Assembly (NCBI GenBank): GCA_000826855.1
Contig: JTLS01000001.1
Span: forward strand, 1-64,000
DNA: 64,000 nucleotides
Source: Basidioascus undulatus
Lineage: Eukaryota
Direction of reading: 5' to 3'
Part shown: one piece after another, positions 55,736-64,000 of the stretch
How the letters are laid out: every line of letters starts with the position of its first letter
How positions within the stretch are numbered: the first letter of the stretch is position 1
The notes under the pieces: generated by a model
Seen by the model: the letters and a program-made list of their open reading frames with translations, nothing else
Told to the model about the DNA's origin: nothing
Databases searched by the model: none
Program-made: the position numbers and the translations under genes

Positions 55736-57878
55736 ATGAACACCATGATCCCCGGCTGCATCACCAACTTCCTCAAGCCGCGCTCTCCTCCGAGTGAGCT
55801 CTACCTCGTCTTTAACCGGACGATGTGGCGAGAACTAATGGAGATGCACTGAGCAGACGACGGATCCCACCCGCCGCTCTCCCCGCTCCCAAACTTTACC
55901 TTCCCCGAGTTCAGCTTCCCTCCCCATCCGACCCAGCCTTCCACCCCCTCGGGATTCGGTCCTTCTCCGCCTCCATCCTTCCCCTCCCATTCGAACAACC
56001 GCAACGCGCCGCAACAGCAGCTCCGCCTCGACCTCTCGGACACGGCTTTCCTCTCGCCTGACTCGCGCCCTCCCCCCCAAGCGCTCACGCCGTGCACGCC
56101 CTCTCTCACACGCCTCAAAGAGTACGGCTTCCCTGGGCCGCTCTCGCCTCTCCCGCCGAGCCCGCTCGCGGGCACTCCGCTCAGCCCCCTCCTCGGGACG
56201 CCGAGACTCGGCGACGGCGGCGCGAGCGAGAACGAGTACCCGTTCCCCCAGGTCGCAGCGCATGCGCCAAGGGGCGGTCCTGGAACCAAGCGCCCGAGCT
56301 TGAACAGGAGCGCGAGCGCATTCAGCAGGCCGCCCCCGTCGGCGCTCGGCATCGGCCCTGGAAGGAGGGGGAGTCTCCCCCCGCCGCCGCCTCAGCGGGC
56401 AGAGCGTCGCTTGTACCCGCGTCCGGCTTCCCCCCCGTCCCCCGAATCCCCCACAAAACGCCGCTATCCGAATCTCCGCCTTGACCTCCACCGCTCGGAA
56501 ACGCCGCCCAGCCCTCCCGCGTCCCCGCCGACTGCGTTCAAGGGACCGGTGCCTCTCCTCACCCCGCCGTCGAGCGTACGCCTCAAGGGTGTCCTCGGCT
56601 CGGACGTCCTTTGCGCCTCGCCCGAGGCGGACGAAGCGTTCTCCGCATCGTTCCCCGCGCCCGCGCCCGCTCCTTTCACTCCTACCGCGTCGACTCCAAG
56701 TCCGGCTCATCTGCTCCAGAACTCGGTCCACTCTTCGCTCGCTTCGGCGTATGCTCTCGGGGATGAGCTCGGCTCCGGGGGCTTCGGATTCGTCATCTCG
56801 GCAACTCGGCGTTCGGACAGCCTCGCCTGCGCGGTCAAGTTCATTTACCGCGACCGCGTCCGCCGTGACGGCTGGATCAAGGACCCGCAGCTTGGAACGG
56901 TGCCGCTCGAGATCAGCGTTCTCCGCTTCATCCGGCACGACGGCGTCGTCAGCTTTGTCGATTACTTCGAGGACAGCACGTACTTCTACCTCGTGCTTCG
57001 TTTCATGTTGGAGCCCTTACATTCCTTCACGTGTTGACCTTCTTCCGCTGGATTTCACAGGTCATGGAGCTGCATGGCACGCCGTGGCCCGGCAAGACTC
57101 CGTCCTCGCCCGGTCTCCTCGGCGGGTCGATGCCCATCCCCTCTCCCCTCGCTTCCCTCTCGCCACCGGCCATGCCTCCGATGGGGCGTCGCTCGTCGAT
57201 GGACCTGTTCGAGTGCATCGAGACCCACAAGCTCTTCGACGAAGACACCGCGCGCTACATCTTCCGCCAGGTTGTCGAGGCTGTCGCCCACCTGGCGCGG
57301 AACGGCATCTACCACCGCGACCTGAAGGACGAGAACATCGTCATCGACGAGCACTTCAATGTGAGTTGCGTCGACTTTGCGGACTTGAGCGAAGCTCCGT
57401 GCTCATGAGTGGATCGACGCCTCTAGGTCAAGCTCATCGACTTCGGCAGCGCCGTCATGCACGACTGCCGCAGGCCTCCTCCGATTTGCCAGAGCTTCTA
57501 TGGCACGATCCGTGCGTTTTCGTTCTTCCCTTTGTCCATCACTCTCTTCTCGCACATTCCTGACATTCGTTGTTGGTTCACCGTCCGCCAGAGTTTGCCG
57601 CGCCTGAGATCCTACGGGGCCTCCCGTACGAGCCCGGCCCGGCCGAAGTGTGGGCGCTGGGCGTCCTCCTCTCGACGCTTGTCACGGGCGAGTCGATCTT
57701 CCCCGACCACCACCACGCCATGCACGGGCACATCGGCACGCTGCGCACGCCCGTCGGACAGCTCTGCTGGGACCTCATGACGAGCTGCTTTGCCATCGAC
57801 CCCGCCCGGCGTCCGACGGTCGAGCAGCTCCGCAAGCACCAGTGGCTGCGCCTGCACCGCAGGTCGACGCGGCCTTGA
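55736..57878 (+). CDS. Ser/Thr protein kinase, CAMK group (PASK/PIM-like catalytic domain) with long Pro/Ser-rich N-terminus
   Basis: ELGSGGFGFV, AVKFI, VPLEI, MDLFECIE, YHRDLKDENIVID, KLIDFGSA, FYGT..FAAPEIL and EVWALGVLL. Start inferred at MNTMIPG (55736), with intron 55795-55855. Confidence 0.9.
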
Positions 57879-58316
57879 GGGTCCGCGCGGGGAGGCGGGA
57901 AGAATTAGGATCGCTTTGAACGTTTGTTTCTTTTGAACCTGCACCGCACGCAGTACAACCCATTTCCGCGTTCATTGGCACCGCACAAGCATACCTCGAC
58001 ATCCGCCTTGTTTAGCATTCCTATTAATTCTTCTGCGCGTCGTAGCACTCTCATGGGTTCGGGGGAAGCATTGGTCTGGCATAGTCTCATCTCGCACTGT
58101 TCTTCCTGTAAAGCGCTTCGTAGCGCGAGCATCATACACAAGATAGTGCTCCATTCTCTATCTTTGGGTGCGATTACACCCCTGAGTTGTGTTGTTCTTC
58201 GGCACTGTATCATCATATTCGCAATTTTTGCTTACTCAGGCCAGCTCAGGCAGCCATGTTATCGTGCATGCGTCGAAACTTGATGCTGGTACTGGCAGAA
58301 ATCCACCAACACAACG

Positions 58317-61300
58317 CTAGACCCGCTGTTCTCCGGATGGTCCTTCCCCATATTTCTCACCCTTCTCGTCCTGAGGCGAGGAGCTGGTGCCCTCGCTAGA
58401 CGAATGCGGCGTACCCGGCCTCGGCGTGGATACGACTGACCCGATGCCGGAAATCGCTACGTTGTGGGAGCTGAAGACATTGTGCAACGGGACGCTGTCG
58501 CGCTGCAGAAAGTATTGAGAAATTCAGCAGAATAATAGCCCCACGCCATGCTACGAATATTTACCCGTCCCCGTCGGCGCAACTGGTCCTCGTCTTCAAG
58601 GACGTTCATCTGCCCGAACAAGAGGCGCGCGATCTCCAGCATTTCCTCGAGCGTCTCGACTATCTGACTGAGGATTTCGGCCTCGGCGAGGGTAAAGACG
58701 AGGCCGAGGTCGAGCCTGGTGTCTCGCCGTAGGTGAGGTAGGATGTCGCGCATATGAGTGTCGAGTGCGCGGAGGAGATCTTCGAGCGCGCGCCGCTGCG
58801 AGGGCAGGAACTGCGGTAGGGGTGCATGCGTCCGAAAGCTTTGCGAGGTCGCGTATAGCGTGAGAAGACCGGTGTTCATCTGGAACAGCATCCAATGCGA
58901 GGGAGTGTCAACGCGCGGGGTGTTCAGAGGGGAAGACTTTCGAGGACGCGGAAAGGACGCAACGAAGTTGAGCCGATGCTCGAGCAGGTCGTCGACTGCC
59001 TCCCGCTGCGGCACCCGCTCCCGCACGAACCGCAGTCCAACGAGGAGATCGTGCAGTCGCTGCAGCACCTTGACTGCACGGCGATAAATTTTGACAGGTT
59101 TTGGGACGAGTGACAGTTCGAGGCGGAGTGGGTCGAGGAGCTCGCCGCAGCGGAAGACAAAGATCTACAACCAATGCGTCGTTAACTGACAATGCTGGCA
59201 CGACATTAATATTTCAAAAGGCTTACTTGCACTTTGCTTTCCAGTCTGTCGAACTGCCGACTAGAATTGTCCAGCGAGCCGTCCAAACTACGACGGGCGA
59301 TGGCCAGGTACATCCTTCCAAGCCCGCTGGCGGTGTCGGAAACGTGGGTGAGGAACCGCTGCAATCACAGCAACCGAATCAGTGTCTCAACCGCGTGATA
59401 TTTGGGAAATGGCATACTGTATGTGCGTGGAATGGGAAAACTGTCAAGTTTATTACGATGGCTACCAAAATACTGAAGAACAAGTCGTTCAATGGGACTA
59501 CACTGCCGGGGTGGGTCCGAATACACACCCGAGGGAAATCTGAAGTGCTCTCGCAAGAGCAAGACTGATGTAAGATGAATTGGTGGTCCCCAGGTACTGT
59601 AAGGCGATAGGTGTCAGCATCAGCAATGGTTGGCTGCTTCGCGTTGCGGGGCTGACAGGCGGAAGAAGAATGGGCGGCAGCGTAGCAGCACTGTGAACGC
59701 ATCGGGTCAGCACGACGACTTTGCGGAGAGATCGAATACACATACAATACAACACCGACGCCAGGCATGCGCGACTTCTGAACGACGATCGCCACGGGTA
59801 TGCCTGCGAGCGTCATGAAGGCGACAATCGCGTACGGATTCTTGTTCGAAATGATGCCCGCCTGTACAGATATCTTTCAGTCCATAGAAGCAGGATAAAG
59901 ATATTGAACGTACTCACAACATACGCATAAACCGCTCCGAGAATTGTGCCGCAGATTCGGAAAAATCCTACTCGATTGGTCGTGCCCGTCGATGTTTCCT
60001 GACGGCAAGACGCATCAGCTCTGCTTTGGGAAGGGTACTTTCGAGTTACATACGATAACCCAAAAGCTGAAAAAAGCCTGGAACTAGTGAGATATCATTT
60101 CAGAGAGCTTTACGGATGGGCACGTACTAACTGATAACCAGCCAGGCTCCACGCTGCGAAACCCACCATCGTCGCGCTGCAGTGTGCGTCGGAAGGTACG
60201 CCGGTATCGTCAGAAGAGCCAAGCCCCCAGAGCTCTGTTGAAAGAATCAGCATATGGCCCGATGTACTCTTAAGTATCAGTAAGGAGGCGCCCCTTCAAG
60301 GCATATCTAAGGTGGCGCGACTCTCGCATCACTCGGTACTTTCGAGCTGCCCAGATACGCGCTCGAAGGACGGCGGGCGAGTCCCACACGGCGAGGAGAC
60401 GGTCGCGACAGGTAAGGGCGCTTTGCGATGCCTTGCGCTTCCTACGTCGTTTAGCATAAGAGGCGGCCGACTGCAGGTACAGTTCTTCTTCGGCCTCCGC
60501 CGTGTTCAGATCGCTGTCTCGCTTGGAATAGTCGTCGTCGTCGTCGTCTTCGTTCCCTGAGCGTGGGACAGTCAACTTAGCAATGTTTTCGTGTCTATAA
60601 ATGTAAAGCCGTACTAGTAAATCCTGGCTCGTACTCTTCCACTGAGCTCAACGTCGTGCCCATCCACTCGCGCGATTGCAAGTCCGGACACCGCAGTCTC
60701 GGACGAGCGCGACGGCGCTGCGCGAGGAGCTCGGTTGACAAATTCAGCGCACGCAGAACGTCGCGCGATATCTGATATCACACCCACCAGAGTCAATAAA
60801 AGGCTCATTTTCCTGAAGAAGGGTGTGCAGACAGACCTGCAAGAGAGTGCTAGCGAAGAACGACGTAGCGCAGAGACGATGCCGGAACAGCTTGTCGCTG
60901 CGACCGAGCTTGGTGGCGAGCCCCTTAGCGACCGTGTACCGAAGCTCCTGCCTGCACCGCTCTATGCTGTGCTCCAGGTCGCGAATCTGCGACTCCAAGA
61001 ACTCTGCCGTCGGATCGGCTTTAACGTGGCGAGCCAGAGCCTGTCCTAGAGCCCGACGAACGAGACCGAGCGAGTCGAGCATGACGCCGCAGAGCGCACG
61101 AACGGATTCTTCAAAGCTATGCACCATCGTCGTCTCCTGCTCGGACACCGGGTCTGCCTGGAAGGGCTTCTCCGCGTGCTCGTCCTCGGAGGGATGCTCG
61201 TATTTCTCGGATACGATATTGATGAGCCCGCTGTTGATCGCGTTCCTCAGACGCAGAACGATTCCGACGAACGGTCGGAGCTGCTCGACGTCGAAGTACT

Positions 61301-62366
61301 CGTAGTGAAACTCGAGTAGCGCCTCGTTGAGCGCGTTAGGAAGCTTGTTCGTCGAATTGAGAAAGCGCTCCCGCAGGCTGTCGAGGTCGGGCTGCTCTTC
61401 TTCGGACCGCGACCCCTCGAAGAGCGACTCGAACGAGACACGTAGCGTCTTTTCGGCGTCCTGGAGCGCGTCCTGCACCAGGTGCGAGAGCGTGCGTGTG
61501 GCCGAGTGGGGGAAGCAGATGAGAGCACAGAGGAGCGCGACGATGGCGGAATCGATCGTGGGGAAGAAAAGGTCGAGGAAAGAGCGGACGCTGAGCTGTA
61601 TATAATGCACCAATGCTCGGAGAAGTGCAGATGGCATTCGTAGTTTTTTGGACGCACAGAGGTGCGTTCGATATCTATGGTCAGCAGCCATATGGACAGG
61701 AACACCGCGATACGGGCCGGCAGGTTGAGGTGAGGCACTTTGCTGCGGATGTACCCTACTGCATCCCAAAACGCGTTGGCATGGTAAAAAAAATCCCCCA
61801 TGAGAACGAAATACGGCAGGCTCACCTGTGAAAGCGATCACGAACAGGAACACAGCCGGTATCACTCGGCCCGCAAGCGAGTCGTACCCTTCCCTGGAAT
61901 CGGCCAGCGAGGCCAGCGCGAGGCCGAGGTTCGACCACGCCAAGCCGACGAGCCCGCCGATGATCCCAGTGACTGAAGAGAATAAAAAATCATGGGATAC
62001 AGATTGTTCAGCTTTGGGCTCAAACGCCGGCGTCCGCTCCCGGCCGACTTACTGGTAAGCTCGATCTGGCGGCCTACCGAGCCCTTCGGATAAAACACCA
62101 TGTTGTAAATCGTAAGGTGTCTGAAGAAAAAGAGAGAGGGTAAGCGACTCCCAACAGCGACGGAAGGAAGAGGCGTACGTCGAGGCCCAGCGTCTGCCCG
62201 TGAAGTCGCTTACCGGACGCGTCACGACCAGAGCCGTGAGGATGGCGGTCGCGAGCACCGGCGCGGAGACGAGGCGCACGAGGTCGTACGCTTTCCTACG
62301 CCATCTTGCAATCTTGTCCGGTGCAGGTAGGTGCGCGCGAGGCGAGGGGAACCAGCTCGACGACAT
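58317..62366 (-). CDS. FUSC/ArAE (aromatic acid exporter, fusaric-acid-resistance-like) membrane protein, paralog 1
   Basis: N-terminal TM bundle (VFYPKGSVGRQIE, AWSNLGLALASL); acidic loop; second TM bundle (HLRYALK, AWLVI, TSTGTTNRVGFFRICGTILGA); C-terminal SQSFRTHAPLPQFLPS. Family call from architecture and motif recognition only. Confidence 0.75.
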
Positions 62367-62684
62367 GCTGGACGACCGAATGAAGATGTTACAGCGAAGA
62401 GCAGCTGTCCGTATGCGAGATGTAGGTGAAGCGATCGCTGACCGCGTCACAAGCAGAATCGAAGCCAGAAAGCTGGATGCCGCTGCCCCTGAGCCGAACT
62501 CTGTACCCCCTCGGCAATGCTTGACCTCACCGCATGCTCTTAGGTATGTGCGGCCCCGCACGAGACCAGGCAGGAGAAGTATGTATTCCATTTCCGTCTA
62601 TAGTCTATATCAGCGAGACAATGCGAGATGCGATATACAGCTGCGATGCGAGAAGCGCGAGAGAAAGGAAAGGGGACTGCAGGG

Positions 62685-64000
62685 TCATGCGAAACGAGCC
62701 GAACGTCTTGCGAGAATGGAACCGGCGTCAGGGTTGGAGGAGGGAAACAGAGAAAGAGCAGAAGGGGGATAATTTGGTGTTCCAGGTATAGATGTGGACG
62801 GGCTCGAGAGCGCCGAGTCGAGTTGGAAGCGGAAAGTGGAGGACGGGGACGGTGCGCGGGTCGACGACCGGCTGAGGTGGCCTGGAATACTGCTGCGAGT
62901 GCCAAAGACATTGTGAAGGGGTAACGCTTCGCCCTAACCGTTTCCTCATCAGAACATGCGCTCGAGAAAAGGGAACCTAGAAGTAATAGTACCTGGCTAG
63001 CGATCAGCTGAGCGTGCTCGTTCTCGTCCACGTCCAAGATGCTCGCCTGGCCGAAGAGCAAGCGAGCAACCTCCAAGATGTTCTCGAGCGACGCGACCAT
63101 CTCCGTGAGGATCTCCGCCTCCGCGAGCGTGAATACGAGGCCGAAGTCGAGCCGCTGCGGCTGCGGCGGCGCGAGAACCTCGCGGACGTGCGCGTCGATC
63201 GCTTCGAGCAGGTCGTGAAGCGCGAGTTGCGGAGAGGGGAGGAACTGCGGCAGAGGAGAGTGCGAGCGGAAGGCTTGCGAGGCGGCGTAGAGGGAGAGGA
63301 GTGCAGCGTTCATCTGTCGCGCACGGAGAGCTCGGGTCAGGTCTGTCTGTGAAGGAGGGTGAACGCTGCATAGGACTTACCAGGTTCAAGCGGTACTCCA
63401 GCACGTCGAGGACCGTTTCTTTCCGCGGAACACGCTCGCGGACGTAGCGCAGCCCGATCATTAGGTCGAGCGTCCGCTGCAGCGAAGACACGGCCCGGCG
63501 GTAGAGGCGGACAGGCTTGGGGAGGATCGAGAGTTCAAGCCGGAGAGGTTCGAGGAGGCTGGATCCTTGAAGGACTGAGGTCTGAAGCAAGCTTGGCAAT
63601 TGAGTAAAGGAAAGCGTCCAGAGAGAAGAGGCAGGCAAGAAAAGGGAGGAAGGCGGACGGCAAGCGTACCTGGACCTTCTTTTCCAGCGCGTCCATCTGC
63701 CAGCGCGGGATGTCTTCGGCGCTGATGCTGCGCCGCGAGATGGCGAGGTAGAGCTTCGACATGTCTCCGAGGGACTTGGAGACTTGCGTGAGGAAGCGCT
63801 GCGAGAAGGTCTCCCATCAAACCGCGCTCAATGGTTCAGTGGCAGAGAGCGAAGATGACTGCGTACCTGCCGAGCATGAAAAGGAAAGAAAAGGAGGTTA
63901 ACGAGGATGGCGGCGATGATACTGCGTACGGAGAAAGACTGAGCGATGCTGCATTGATGAGAGGCGCAACACGATGGCGAACCCGAGCGAGATCATGTAT
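62685..64000 (-). CDS. FUSC/ArAE-like membrane protein, paralog 2 (3' part; 5' end outside the window)
   Basis: LEPLRLELSILPKPVRLYRRAV..LRYVRERVP..SQAFRSHSPLPQFLPS..GLVFTLAEAEIL..ARLLFGQ aligns residue for residue with paralog 1; TGA 62687-62685. Confidence 0.78.

Overview
Gene-dense, intron-rich (mostly 45-100 nt GT-AG introns, GTGCGT/GTGAGT donors, GCTGAC/CTAAC branch sites), GC-rich fungal genomic DNA, most likely a basidiomycete. About 20 spliced protein-coding genes can be reconstructed by hand. In order: PhoD-like phosphatase, ALG8, MCM1/SRF-type MADS factor, ADA2-type adenosine deaminase, a Cys-rich single-pass membrane protein, UBC1, PHB2, VPS37, a divergent H2B/H2A pair, purine nucleoside phosphorylase, a small membrane protein, GH47 alpha-1,2-mannosidase, an atypical HSF-domain protein, a P5B-ATPase, an HRT3/FBXO9-type F-box protein, a PanE/ApbA-like reductase, a PASK/PIM-like kinase and two tandem FUSC/ArAE-like transporter paralogs (the second cut by the window edge). 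Between H2A and PNP lies a decayed block with an F-box-like pseudogene back-to-back with an APH-kinase fragment. No tRNA, rRNA, CRISPR or recognisable transposon was found, and no multi-gene novel system is evident. The best leads are: (1) the HSF gene, where two out-of-frame ATGs are each put in frame by one of two splice acceptors 5 nt apart, and whose DNA-binding domain has a His-rich insert and no trimerisation domain; (2) 4-, 7- and 8-nt micro-exons in the GH47 gene, two of them carrying active-site glutamates; (3) GACGCG motifs repeated in the histone promoter and in all three H2B introns. All exon structures and family calls come from manual reading and motif recognition, not from database searches.
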